From Sphingobacteriales bacterium (GTDB lineage: Bacteria; Bacteroidota; Bacteroidia; Chitinophagales; JADIYW01), in NCBI GenBank assembly GCA_947460245.1, contig CANHGL010000007.1, positions 7,739 through 71,738 of the forward strand: DNA of 64,000 nucleotides. The letters are read 5' to 3'. The notes beneath the pieces were generated by a model. That model was given only the letters and a program-made list of their open reading frames with translations. It did not search any database and was not told where the DNA came from. A program made the translations under genes and the position numbers. Positions 1 to 9,224 of the stretch are shown here, in pieces (the first letter of the stretch is position 1; each line of letters opens with the position of its first letter).

Positions 1-1
1 C

Positions 2-598
2 CAAACCCTTTTTGAGGAAGCTGCAGAGATCTCCGTTAAAATCAGTGAGCTGTTTTTGGAAGCGATGAAGGCTACGGATGGTAAGCGATTTGAAATTTTG
101 GCGCAGACAGGACATTTAGAGCACCAAGCGGACCAGGTTACACATAAATTATATATAGAGCTAAGTAAGAATTTTATTACTCCATTTGATCGGGAGGATA
201 TTCATGCACTGGCTGCTGCAATGGATGATGTGGTAGACTATATAGATGAGGTCGGCTTAAAAATGAAGAATTATGAGTTTGCAGAATTCAACGATTTTGT
301 TTTAAAGATGGCTGAGCTGAATAATGAATCTGTTAAAGAATTGAAGACTGCTATTTTTGAATTGCGTGATATGAAGAACCTAAGTAAGGTCAATGCGGCT
401 TGTTTAAATATTCACGGTTATGAATCTAAAGTTGACATCTTGTATAACCAAGCAATGGGAGATTTAATAAAAAATGAGAAGGATAATCCTGTAAAGATTA
501 TAGTGATGAAAGATTTGTTTGAAGAATTAGAATTGGTGTCTGATAAATGTCAGGATGTTTCAAATGTTATAGAATCTATTGTAATAAAATACTCATAA
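2..598 (+). CDS. DUF47 / PhoU-like phosphate-transport regulator (YkaA type), 5' end cut by window edge
   Basis: The reading frame is open from nt 2, and the track start at 56 is an internal TTG. The helical protein contains FDREDIHALAAAMDDVVDYIDE, typical of DUF47. It lies 53 nt upstream of a Pit transporter, which is the usual DUF47-Pit pairing. Confidence 0.8.
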   Translation, partial: QTLFEEAAEISVKISELFLEAMKATDGKRFEILAQTGHLEHQADQVTHKLYIELSKNFITPFDREDIHALAAAMDDVVDYIDEVGLKMKNYEFAEFNDFVLKMAELNNESVKELKTAIFELRDMKNLSKVNAACLNIHGYESKVDILYNQAMGDLIKNEKDNPVKIIVMKDLFEELELVSDKCQDVSNVIESIVIKYS

Positions 599-651
599 GA
601 CATAAATAGCTTATTCATGTCTTGTTGATATTGTAATTTGTAAACTACACT

Positions 652-2322
652 ATGGAATTTATCCTAATTATTATTGCACTCGCCTTGATATTTGACTATA
701 TCAATGGTTTTCATGACGCAGCAAATTCAATTGCAACTATTGTATCGACCAAGGTATTGACGCCCTTTCAGGCTGTATTGTGGGCAGCAATGTTCAACTT
801 CGTTGCTTTTCTAATTTTCAAGGATCATGCAGTTGCAAATACTATCGGAAAAACAGTTAATAAAGAGTTTATTACATTGCCTGTTATTTTTGCAGGGTTG
901 GTAGCGGCAATTATTTGGAATTTATTAACGTGGTGGTATGGAATCCCTTCCTCGTCTTCTCATACGCTAATTGGTGGGTTTGCGGGTGCTGCTGTTGCAA
1001 ATGCGTTTATGCAACATGGAGGTTATATGCCCATAAAGGATATTATTGACAGTGCGAAAGTCTTAAAAACACTCTCCTTTATTTTGCTGGCACCGCTGAT
1101 TGGTATGTTAATATCGATGTTTTATACTCTGGTGATGATGAATAGAAATACATGGATTAAATCAGGAATTCTTGCATTAACGAGTATTTTGATTTGGTTC
1201 ACGTTTATTTATTTTCAGGAGAACAAGATCGATGAGAATGTAGAGAAATTCTTCAAAGTAGATAAATATACAAAAGATGTAAGTGATCCCACAAAGCTGG
1301 CTGATAAGGCGAAGAATGAGGAGAAATTATCAAAAGCAAAAGCTAATGCAGAGGCTTCATTTGTATTTGTCAAGGACTACGAATCTGAGGGGGCATCTTT
1401 TGTTTCAGATGAAATTGCAGCTAATATTGATCTTAAAGATGTTACAACATCAAGAATAGAAGACAAGATTAAGTTGTTTTTTAAAGTAGAACAGTTAAAA
1501 ATTATTGCAAAGAAGGATCCTAAGCAGAAATTAGCATCTGATTATGCAACTGCGGCAGTCGACTCTCTTAAGCCAATTGCTAAAATGCATAAGGATCTTG
1601 GGTATGATAAGATGGTTGAAGCTATGATTGCTAAGGTTCCTATACAGCCGGATAAGATGGCAGATTTTGATAAAGAGGTAAGAGTAGATATCAAAAATGA
1701 TCTCTCTAAGGAGATTGAGAAAGCAGACAATAAGATTATACGCTATGGATTGATTGGAATGTTAGTTTTAATTGTACTCTCCTTTATCTATACAGAAAAG
1801 ATTAGGGAGCCAAGTGCTCAGCGAACTGGTAATAACTTTAAGAAATTGCAGTTACTGTCTTCAGCGGCATTTAGTATAGGTCATGGTGGGAATGATGCCC
1901 AGAAAGTTATGGGTATTATTGCTGCTGCCTTAATAGCCAACGGAAATATTGTTGATATAAAAGCAATGCCTGATTGGGTACCACTAGCTTGTTATACAGC
2001 AATAAGTTTAGGTACATTAAGTGGAGGCTGGAAGATTGTAAAAACTATGGGTACTAAAATTACCAAGGTAACGCCATTAGAGGGTGTATGCGCAGAAACA
2101 GCAGGTGCTACTACTTTATTCCTTACAGAACAAATGGGTATTCCTGTCTCTACTACACATACTATAACCGGTTCTATCATCGGTGTAGGTGCTACAAAAC
2201 GTTTGAGTGCTGTACGCTGGGGGGTTACTATTAATTTACTTTGGGCATGGATTTTAACTATACCAATAAGTGCTTTACTCGCTGCTCTGACTTTTTATAT
2301 CATTCATTTTTTTATAAAGTAA
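652..2322 (+). CDS. pit: Inorganic phosphate transporter, PiT/PHO4 family, with a long hydrophilic central loop
   Basis: There are two PHO4 half-signatures: GFHDAANSIAT near the N-terminus and GHGGNDAQKVMG in the C-terminal half. Multiple hydrophobic TM segments are present. Residues ~190-363 form a K/E/D-rich soluble insert. Confidence 0.9.
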   Translation: MEFILIIIALALIFDYINGFHDAANSIATIVSTKVLTPFQAVLWAAMFNFVAFLIFKDHAVANTIGKTVNKEFITLPVIFAGLVAAIIWNLLTWWYGIPSSSSHTLIGGFAGAAVANAFMQHGGYMPIKDIIDSAKVLKTLSFILLAPLIGMLISMFYTLVMMNRNTWIKSGILALTSILIWFTFIYFQENKIDENVEKFFKVDKYTKDVSDPTKLADKAKNEEKLSKAKANAEASFVFVKDYESEGASFVSDEIAANIDLKDVTTSRIEDKIKLFFKVEQLKIIAKKDPKQKLASDYATAAVDSLKPIAKMHKDLGYDKMVEAMIAKVPIQPDKMADFDKEVRVDIKNDLSKEIEKADNKIIRYGLIGMLVLIVLSFIYTEKIREPSAQRTGNNFKKLQLLSSAAFSIGHGGNDAQKVMGIIAAALIANGNIVDIKAMPDWVPLACYTAISLGTLSGGWKIVKTMGTKITKVTPLEGVCAETAGATTLFLTEQMGIPVSTTHTITGSIIGVGATKRLSAVRWGVTINLLWAWILTIPISALLAALTFYIIHFFIK

Positions 2323-2340
2323 GTTTAGAGACCTTAAACA

Positions 2341-2374
2341 AAAAAAACTTCCTGTTTTGCAGGAAGTTTTTTTA
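2341..2374. terminator. Bidirectional intrinsic terminator between convergent pit and the 2376..3665 gene
   Basis: The structure is A-run, CTTCCTG (2348-2354), loop ttttg, CAGGAAG (2360-2366), then T7. The symmetric A/T flanks allow function on both strands. Confidence 0.7.
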
Positions 2375-2375
2375 T

Positions 2376-3665
2376 TTAAAATTTTATCCAATGCCAGGAC
2401 ACCTTACTACCATTATGGTTGTCGTTGATTTCAAGAGCGGGGGCAGGAAGCTTTATGATGTTTAAGATTTTCATGAGGCCTTTGGCCCAGTGTTTTTTAA
2501 CAGGAATCTTGGTCCAGTCAATATCTGCGGAAAAATAGAAACGATGTAATCGTTGTATATTGGTTCTGTCTATGATATCGTCTGGGTTAGAATTATTTAT
2601 TGCCACATCGCCACTAAGATCGTTCTTCGACCAAATATTTTTGTATCCACCCAGCATGCCTTTGGTGCCATATCCTACAGAGAATTGGAGCCATTTAGGA
2701 AACTTAGAGTTAGGGTTTCGGATAAATGCCCCTGGGCTAGTGCTCAGCCAGAATGTCATTGCATTATAGTCTTTTAATAGGATTTCTGTAAAGGAAGTTC
2801 CATATAATTTATCTGTTCGTTCTCTAATCGCAGGATCGTCATAAGAAGCATAGCGCACTGGTGATGCAGAAATTTTTAACTGTATTTTTTGGTCGTGCCA
2901 TAGGTATTGCTGTATGCCAAATAATAAGGCTCCGGAGGCATTCATAGCCATATCTCCCCAGGAAAATCCCCATTTTTCTTGAAATCCATCATTGAATTCT
3001 ATAGAGGATTGCCACGCCATACCGGCTAGCATTCCAATCCAAATAGCATGCTTTTCTTTTACGCCTGCCCATTTATACAAATCATAGGTCCATTTTGATT
3101 CTAGGTAACAACTGTATGCGTGTGCAACTTTATCCATTTGGTTCCATTCCCCCCAGTCGTTGAATAAATGAAATTTAGATCGGTCGTATTTGGAATACCA
3201 CGCACTGCTCCACCATATATTTGCTATAGCATAGAGGCCACCTTGCATGCCTGTTACCAAAGCCACACGAGGTTTATTTAGGACTTCGGAAGGCCTAAAG
3301 AAGCTAAATGGTTTATTTAAAGTAATTCTGCCGGAGTAATTATAGGCTTCATCTACAGGTATATAATCATATTGAAATAAGGTATCATAGCTAATTACGA
3401 ATACATTAGGATTCTGCCAAGTAGTATCAGCAATAAGATGGTAGCCGACACAGGTTTTTTTAACAGGATATATTTTATTTAAAATGGTATCTGTGTTTCC
3501 TAAGGAATCAGTAAGAATAGAATATGGTGCTGGTAATGTGTCTGATTGTCTGTGGGATTTCAGTTTATGTGAGAACTTAAAAGAAAAACTTATCTCAGGC
3601 AGTAAGATTATACTAAGTAAAACTGAAATTTTACCGATTGCAGATAAATTATTTATAAGTTTCAT
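2376..3665 (-). CDS. Envelope protein of unknown function, possibly DUF2279 (YfiM-like) family
   Basis: This is a 429-aa ORF with an ATG start and a hydrophobic N-terminal signal-like segment. The motif FNDWGEWNQMDKVAHAYSCY resembles the DKxxH core I associate with DUF2279. The C-terminus is ...WHWIKF, an aromatic end typical of outer-membrane proteins. The family call is from memory only. Confidence 0.45.
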   Translation of the reverse strand: MKLINNLSAIGKISVLLSIILLPEISFSFKFSHKLKSHRQSDTLPAPYSILTDSLGNTDTILNKIYPVKKTCVGYHLIADTTWQNPNVFVISYDTLFQYDYIPVDEAYNYSGRITLNKPFSFFRPSEVLNKPRVALVTGMQGGLYAIANIWWSSAWYSKYDRSKFHLFNDWGEWNQMDKVAHAYSCYLESKWTYDLYKWAGVKEKHAIWIGMLAGMAWQSSIEFNDGFQEKWGFSWGDMAMNASGALLFGIQQYLWHDQKIQLKISASPVRYASYDDPAIRERTDKLYGTSFTEILLKDYNAMTFWLSTSPGAFIRNPNSKFPKWLQFSVGYGTKGMLGGYKNIWSKNDLSGDVAINNSNPDDIIDRTNIQRLHRFYFSADIDWTKIPVKKHWAKGLMKILNIIKLPAPALEINDNHNGSKVSWHWIKF

Positions 3666-3748
3666 TTTTCAGACAGCAGTCTTTCAAAGTTAAACATAAA
3701 AACCTATTCTCCTGTGTAAGAAATAGAGACTTGCTGGTGGAATTAGGT

Positions 3749-5149
3749 TTAGCTCAGGAGCGTAGCTTTCACGGTATCTAATAGCGCAATTACTTTTTCT
3801 CTATCCTTAGCTTCCCCATATACCCTCAGTACTGGCTCTGTTCCACTGGCTCTGATCATTGTCCACGCACCATCTTCAAAAAAATATTTCCAACCGTCAA
3901 TATCTTCTTTACGCTCTATAATGTAGTTGCCAAAGTTTTTGTAACTATTATTTTTGCAATTCGAAATCACTTTTTGTTTTATCTCTTCCGAGATATGGAG
4001 ATCGTATCGGTCGTAATCAAATGCTCCTACTATCGCATAGACTTCTTCTATAAGTTCCCGGATAGATTTGCCGGTTTTGGCCATAAACTCCATTAGCACC
4101 AAAGCCATCCAAACTCCATCTCGTTCCGGGATATGTCCTTTTATGGCAATGCCACCACTTTCTTCCCCTCCCACCAGTACATCTTCATTCACCATAATTT
4201 CACATACATATTTGAATCCAACAGGTGTAACTTCACACGGTAAGCCATAAGCTTCGCATAGTTTTTTAACTTTATCAGACACGGTAAAGGAAATTGCCAC
4301 CTTGCCTGTCATCCCTTTGTATTTATGTAGATAATGAATAAGTAAAAGAATCACATGATGTGAGTCTATAAAGTTGCCATCAGCATCATAGCATCCTATT
4401 CGGTCTGCATCTCCATCATTGGCAAATCCGAATTCTATATCGGTTGAGTTTTTGATTAAACTTGAAAATTCCAGAAGATTCTTATGAAGTGGTTCAGGCG
4501 CTTGTCCATGAAATCCTGGATTCTCGTCACAATGCAGATACACTAAATTGGAGGGTAGGAGTCGGCGAGTAATTCTTTGTCCTGCACCATACATTGCGTC
4601 ATATCCAAATATGAGTCCGCAATTGCGAATAGCATTCATATCGAAGGAAGCTTCTACATGATTAAAATATAAAGTCTCTAAATCTACTATTTCCAAGAGG
4701 CCTTTTTGTTCGTACTCTTCGAGTGTAGTATTAGGTATTTCGATGTGTGAAGGTATTAAGGCTTCTACTTTAGCAATATCGGCCGGTGTAGTAGGGCCTC
4801 CATAATTTGATTTTAATTTGAAGCCATTATAGGTGTGTGGGTTGTGGCTTGCTGTGATAACCACTCCCGCGGTAGTATCTAATTTTTTACAACCTAAAGA
4901 TACCATAGGTGTAGAGCAAATGCCTCGGTGCATAAATACTTTTACGCCATGAGCACATAATACTTTAACAGATACTTCTGTAAAAAGAGGGCCTCCAAAT
5001 CTGCAGTCATGTCCAATAGTTATAGATGGGTGTTTAGAAATTTGTTTTACCCAAAGTGCGGTGGCATAAGCTACTCTTGCAACATTATCTGTGGTAAATT
5101 CCTGGGCAATAATTGCTCTCCATCCGTCTGTACCGAATTTAATTTCCAT
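3749..5149 (-). CDS. Phosphoglucomutase/phosphomannomutase family protein (alpha-D-phosphohexomutase)
   Basis: Motifs seen are GTDGWRA, the TASHNP phosphoserine loop, the NDGDADR metal site and the GEESGG sugar loop. The track start at 5170 is TTG. The ATG at 5149 (MEIKFGTDGWR) is the more plausible start. Confidence 0.9.
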   Translation of the reverse strand: MEIKFGTDGWRAIIAQEFTTDNVARVAYATALWVKQISKHPSITIGHDCRFGGPLFTEVSVKVLCAHGVKVFMHRGICSTPMVSLGCKKLDTTAGVVITASHNPHTYNGFKLKSNYGGPTTPADIAKVEALIPSHIEIPNTTLEEYEQKGLLEIVDLETLYFNHVEASFDMNAIRNCGLIFGYDAMYGAGQRITRRLLPSNLVYLHCDENPGFHGQAPEPLHKNLLEFSSLIKNSTDIEFGFANDGDADRIGCYDADGNFIDSHHVILLLIHYLHKYKGMTGKVAISFTVSDKVKKLCEAYGLPCEVTPVGFKYVCEIMVNEDVLVGGEESGGIAIKGHIPERDGVWMALVLMEFMAKTGKSIRELIEEVYAIVGAFDYDRYDLHISEEIKQKVISNCKNNSYKNFGNYIIERKEDIDGWKYFFEDGAWTMIRASGTEPVLRVYGEAKDREKVIALLDTVKATLLS

Positions 5150-5309
5150 TTTTATCAGTTGTATAGGCAAAAATACAAAAACTAACAGATAATAAACCGT
5201 TGTCGGTTTATATCTGCACTTGATTTAAGTCTTTTTTAGAGCCTATATTTACTAACAGTGTAGATACTTTGTGCTTTCTTATTGAGATGAAGAAAGTAAT
5301 TTTACATTC

Positions 5310-5957
5310 ATGAAAGATACATTCAGGTACCAGGGGTTAAGGAAGCGATTAGTGAGTGAATTGGCAGCAGCAGGTATAAAAGACAAGAAGGTACTGGATG
5401 CAATTGAGAAAATTCCCCGTCACTACTTTATGGATTCCACTTTTGAGGAGGATGCTTATGAAAACAAGCCTTTTCCGATAGGTAGAGGTCAGACTATATC
5501 TAATCCCTATACTGTAGCTTATCAGACTGAGCTATTGGAGTTGAAAGAAGGAGATAAGGTGCTGGAGATAGGTACAGGTTCAGGATATCAGGCTGCAGTT
5601 TTAGCGGAATTGAAAGCGAAGGTATATTCCATTGAACGCCATCAACCACTTTCAGATCAGGCTAAAAAAGTACTCGAATTTGCCGGTTATGGTGATGTTC
5701 AGGCTTTCTTTGGAGATGGGTTTGCCGGGTTGCCATTGGAAGCTCCGTTTGATAAGATTCTAATTACAGCAGCGGCACCGGAAATCCCTAATCAACTCTT
5801 GCAGCAGTTAAAAATAAATGGTGTAATTATAATCCCCTTTGGTGAGGGAGACAGGCAGCAGATGATAAGGATTAAGCGCCTAGGAAATAGTGACTATGAA
5901 AAAGAAACGTTTGATTATTTTACCTTTGTTCCAATGCTAAAGGGTGTACAAGATTAA
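5310..5957 (+). CDS. pcm: Protein-L-isoaspartate O-methyltransferase
   Basis: The protein is 215 aa with the SAM-binding motif VLEIGTGSGYQAAVLA. The overall PCMT layout includes ITAAAPEIP and a PMLKG-type C-terminus. Confidence 0.9.
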   Translation: MKDTFRYQGLRKRLVSELAAAGIKDKKVLDAIEKIPRHYFMDSTFEEDAYENKPFPIGRGQTISNPYTVAYQTELLELKEGDKVLEIGTGSGYQAAVLAELKAKVYSIERHQPLSDQAKKVLEFAGYGDVQAFFGDGFAGLPLEAPFDKILITAAAPEIPNQLLQQLKINGVIIIPFGEGDRQQMIRIKRLGNSDYEKETFDYFTFVPMLKGVQD

Positions 5958-5971
5958 CTAAAAAAAATATA

Positions 5972-7510
5972 ATGAATATCTCAAAAATTACTTCTTTACT
6001 GTTGCTGATCGTCTCAGTAGTTCATTTTTCTTTTGGCCAAACTGTATCTGTTAGGGCAGATAGCACTAAGAAAACTATTGTAAAATCGAGTAATATTACT
6101 AAAGATCTCAACGCTTTAGAACGAGAAAATATTGAGTCAATGAATCTAAAGCAGCAGACTCCATCTAATTATAGTCCTAAAAAAGCAGATACAACGAATT
6201 TGGATATTTTTTCTACGTCACCCATAGTTAAAGGTGCTCCTAAGAAGAAGCCTGCAGAGAAAGTTCCGGTAGTCACTACTGTATTGCCAAAGCCAGCGAT
6301 TGTAAATAAGAAAGCAGATAGTTTAACTGTATTACCTAAAGTAGAAATAAAGCAAAAAATTACGGATAGTGTTAAGGTGAATCTTAAACCTTCAGAGCCT
6401 GTAAAAAAACAGGAGAAAGTACTGCCTGTTATATCTAAACCAGAAGTAAAACCTAAGGTTGTGGTTAATCCAAGAGCTACTGATAGTGTTAAAATAGCAC
6501 CTAAATTAGATACACTAAAGAAAGAAACAAAAGTTGCTATTCCGAAGGAAGTGGTAAAAGTAAAAGTTGAGGCCAAGAAGCAGTTATCTGATAGTATAAA
6601 GACTCCAGCCGCGATGATAAAGGATGTGAAAAAAGAGGTTAAGGTTGTTCCTGTTCCGGCAACTCCTGTAAAATCAGTGCAGGATGACTTTTCTACACAG
6701 CCTGTAGTGAAAGGTAAGAAGTCTAACCCGACTGAAGTGGCTCCTGTATCTTCGGATGTGGTGCCAGTAAAGAAGTTCTCAATAGATACTACTAAAAATT
6801 TTAAAGAATTTACATTTGAAACTACTCCCGTAGTTAATAAAAATGCTTCCTATAGTCGAAGAAACGAGCCTTTGCCAAAAACTAAGGAGCAAGTAGAAGA
6901 GGAAATACCAGTAAACCGTAAGCCCAATAATACGAATTTAGAAAAAAGTAATTCCTTTGTAAGTGAAACGTACGCGCAATACAACAAGGAAGCAGATTCT
7001 ATTCGCATGGCTAATAAGAGAGTCTTGGATAGTGTGATGAGATCACTTAAAATAAAAGTGCCTGTTGTTGTAAGTTCTGCAGATTATATTGATATCTATG
7101 TGAGTGGTGGAGGGATGATAGAGAACGATGATTCTAAGTTATACGACCATATTTCTGTATTACATACAGGGGTTATTCAACGCGAGTATAATACAAAAAC
7201 ACAAGGCACTCAGCGAATAGAAAAGAAAATTTCTAAGGATGAGCTTACCAAGCTTGCTCAGTATATAGTTGATTTGGATTTTATGGATATGGAAAGAGAT
7301 TATGATTGTGCAGATACTGATAAAGGTTGTAATGAGCGTTTATCAAAGTCGCCACAGCCAGTTCCATTGGAAATAACAGTAACTGTAGGCGATAAAAAGA
7401 ATAAAGTTAAAGTTTCCTTTTTTGCGCCAAGATTAGAAAAAAACTGGGTGAACTATCCAGTTAATTTAGAAAAGATAATGAGTGCTATTTTTGCGATCGC
7501 AGAGAGGTAG
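5972..7510 (+). CDS. Secreted hypothetical protein with a K/P/V-rich low-complexity region and a C-terminal globular domain
   Basis: The signal peptide reads MNISKITSLLLLIVSVVHFSFGQ. Residues ~70-270 are rich in KP/KV/VK repeats. The segment D(I/D)FST(S/Q)P(I/V)VKG occurs twice. The C-terminal ~200 aa are of normal composition. The gene lies 14 nt downstream of pcm on the same strand. Confidence 0.7.
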   Translation: MNISKITSLLLLIVSVVHFSFGQTVSVRADSTKKTIVKSSNITKDLNALERENIESMNLKQQTPSNYSPKKADTTNLDIFSTSPIVKGAPKKKPAEKVPVVTTVLPKPAIVNKKADSLTVLPKVEIKQKITDSVKVNLKPSEPVKKQEKVLPVISKPEVKPKVVVNPRATDSVKIAPKLDTLKKETKVAIPKEVVKVKVEAKKQLSDSIKTPAAMIKDVKKEVKVVPVPATPVKSVQDDFSTQPVVKGKKSNPTEVAPVSSDVVPVKKFSIDTTKNFKEFTFETTPVVNKNASYSRRNEPLPKTKEQVEEEIPVNRKPNNTNLEKSNSFVSETYAQYNKEADSIRMANKRVLDSVMRSLKIKVPVVVSSADYIDIYVSGGGMIENDDSKLYDHISVLHTGVIQREYNTKTQGTQRIEKKISKDELTKLAQYIVDLDFMDMERDYDCADTDKGCNERLSKSPQPVPLEITVTVGDKKNKVKVSFFAPRLEKNWVNYPVNLEKIMSAIFAIAER

Positions 7511-7517
7511 TTCGTCT

Positions 7518-9182
7518 CTATGCTTTTTTCGTAAAGCTATCTTTTAATGAAACTGTTCTGTTGAATACGAGGTGTTCGTTGTTGCTGTCTTTATCCATGA
7601 AGAAATAACCCTTTCTCAAAAACTGAAAGTGATTTTCTTGTTTTGCTTCCTTAAATGCAGGCTCTGCATATGCTATGGGAATTATGTGTAAGCTCTCCGG
7701 ATTGATATATTCTTTAAAATCTCCTTCCTCGCTATTGGGATTTTCCACTTTGAACAATCGCTCGTATTCTCGTATTTCCACAGGAGTGGCAAAGGGTACA
7801 GATACCCAGTGAAGTGTGCCTTGTACCTTCAAACCAGAGGTGTCATTACCGCTCCTGCTTTCTGGAATGTAATTGCAATGAATTTCTATTACATTGCCTT
7901 CTATATCTTTTACAATATCGTTGCAAGTTATAATAAAAGCACCTTTCAGCCGAACGCTTTGTCCAGGTGCAAGTCTGAAAAATTTCTTTGGAGGATGTTC
8001 CATGAAATCTTCCCGCTCAATATAAATTTCTTTAGTAAAAGGTACTTGTCGTGTGCCTGAGTGTTCATCCTCAGGATTGTTCTCGATAGCTAAATGAATC
8101 AACTCTTCTTCTAAGTTGGTGATGATAACCTTAATAGGATCGAAAACCACCATCCTTCTTAAAGAGATTTTATTTAGTTCTTCACGAACGCAGAATTCTA
8201 ATAAGGAGATATCATTTATTTTTTCTCGTTTTGATATTCCAGCTCTATCACAGAACTCACGGATGGCACTTGGTGTATATCCTCTTCTGCGCATCCCTGA
8301 AATTGTGGGCATTCTTGGGTCATCCCATCCTGAAACATGTCGTTCATTAACGAGTTGCAATAACTTTCGTTTGCTCATCACAGTATAGTTAACATTCAAG
8401 CGGGCGAATTCATATTGATGCGAAGGGTAGATGCCTAATTTTTCTATACACCAATCATATAATGCTCTATGTGGAATAAACTCAAGTGTACAGATAGAGT
8501 GCGTGATATTCTCAATGGAATCACTTTGGCCATGAGCAAAGTCATACATAGGATATATGCACCACTTGTCGCCGGTTCGGTGGTGATGGGCAAATTTAAT
8601 GCGATATAAAAGTGGGTCACGTAGCAACATATTAGATGATGCCATATCAATCTTTGCACGTAGTGTTTTCTGTCCTTCGTTAAATTCTCCGGCTTTCATT
8701 CTTGCAAATAAATCGAGGTTCTCTGCTGTACTTCTATCCCTGTATGGACTATGCTGTCCGGGTTCGGTAGGTGTTCCTTTTTGTGCTGCAATTTCTTCAG
8801 AACTTAGATCGTCCACATAGGCATCACCTTGTTTTATGAGTTGTATGGCATATTCATAGAGCTTGTCGAAATAGTCGCTGGCGTAAAATTCATTTGCCCA
8901 GGTAAACCCTAGCCATTTTATATCTTCTTTTATGCTTTCCACATATTCGGTATCTTCTGTTACCGGATTAGTATCATCAAATCGAAGATTAGTCTTTCCT
9001 CCAAATTTTTGTGCAATTCCAAAATTCAGACATATGGAAGAGGCATGTCCCATGTGTAAGTAACCATTTGGCTCTGGTGGGAAACGAGTGAGAATAGAAG
9101 TGTATTTGCCAGACTTTAAATCGTTGTCAATAATTTCTTCAACAAAATTCAGTGACTTACCTTCTTCTTTGATTTCTTCCAT
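7518..9182 (-). CDS. glnS: Glutamine--tRNA ligase
   Basis: It carries class I aaRS motifs, HMGHA (HIGH) and VMSKR (KMSKS). The N-terminus NFVEEIIDNDL...RFPPEPNGYLH and the C-terminal anticodon-binding beta-barrel region are typical of GlnRS. Length is 554 aa. Confidence 0.92.
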   Translation of the reverse strand: MEEIKEEGKSLNFVEEIIDNDLKSGKYTSILTRFPPEPNGYLHMGHASSICLNFGIAQKFGGKTNLRFDDTNPVTEDTEYVESIKEDIKWLGFTWANEFYASDYFDKLYEYAIQLIKQGDAYVDDLSSEEIAAQKGTPTEPGQHSPYRDRSTAENLDLFARMKAGEFNEGQKTLRAKIDMASSNMLLRDPLLYRIKFAHHHRTGDKWCIYPMYDFAHGQSDSIENITHSICTLEFIPHRALYDWCIEKLGIYPSHQYEFARLNVNYTVMSKRKLLQLVNERHVSGWDDPRMPTISGMRRRGYTPSAIREFCDRAGISKREKINDISLLEFCVREELNKISLRRMVVFDPIKVIITNLEEELIHLAIENNPEDEHSGTRQVPFTKEIYIEREDFMEHPPKKFFRLAPGQSVRLKGAFIITCNDIVKDIEGNVIEIHCNYIPESRSGNDTSGLKVQGTLHWVSVPFATPVEIREYERLFKVENPNSEEGDFKEYINPESLHIIPIAYAEPAFKEAKQENHFQFLRKGYFFMDKDSNNEHLVFNRTVSLKDSFTKKA

Positions 9183-9224
9183 ATTATATACTTAAATGAT
9201 AAAGCTTAAAATAATATTAAGTCT

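Noticed and set aside
5181-5190. The 10-mer ACTAACAGAT is shared between two intergenic regions (5181 and 41922), with ACTAACAG again at 5251
   Set aside because: Thousands of repeated 10-mers are expected by chance in 128 kb of two-strand sequence. The 8-mer also occurs inside a coding region (reverse complement at 50415).
5192-5211. Hairpin ATAAACCG-ttgt-CGGTTTAT in the phosphohexomutase/pcm divergent region, and CTTTCTT-N9-AAGAAAG at 5274-5296
   Set aside because: The stems are short and AT-rich, at a frequency expected by chance. They lie in a promoter region where no terminator is needed.
6169-6576. 135-aa antisense ORF inside the K/P/V-rich gene
   Set aside because: It is the reverse complement of lysine-rich codons, which gives an F/L/T/G-rich low-complexity product. 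It is fully contained in a better-supported gene.
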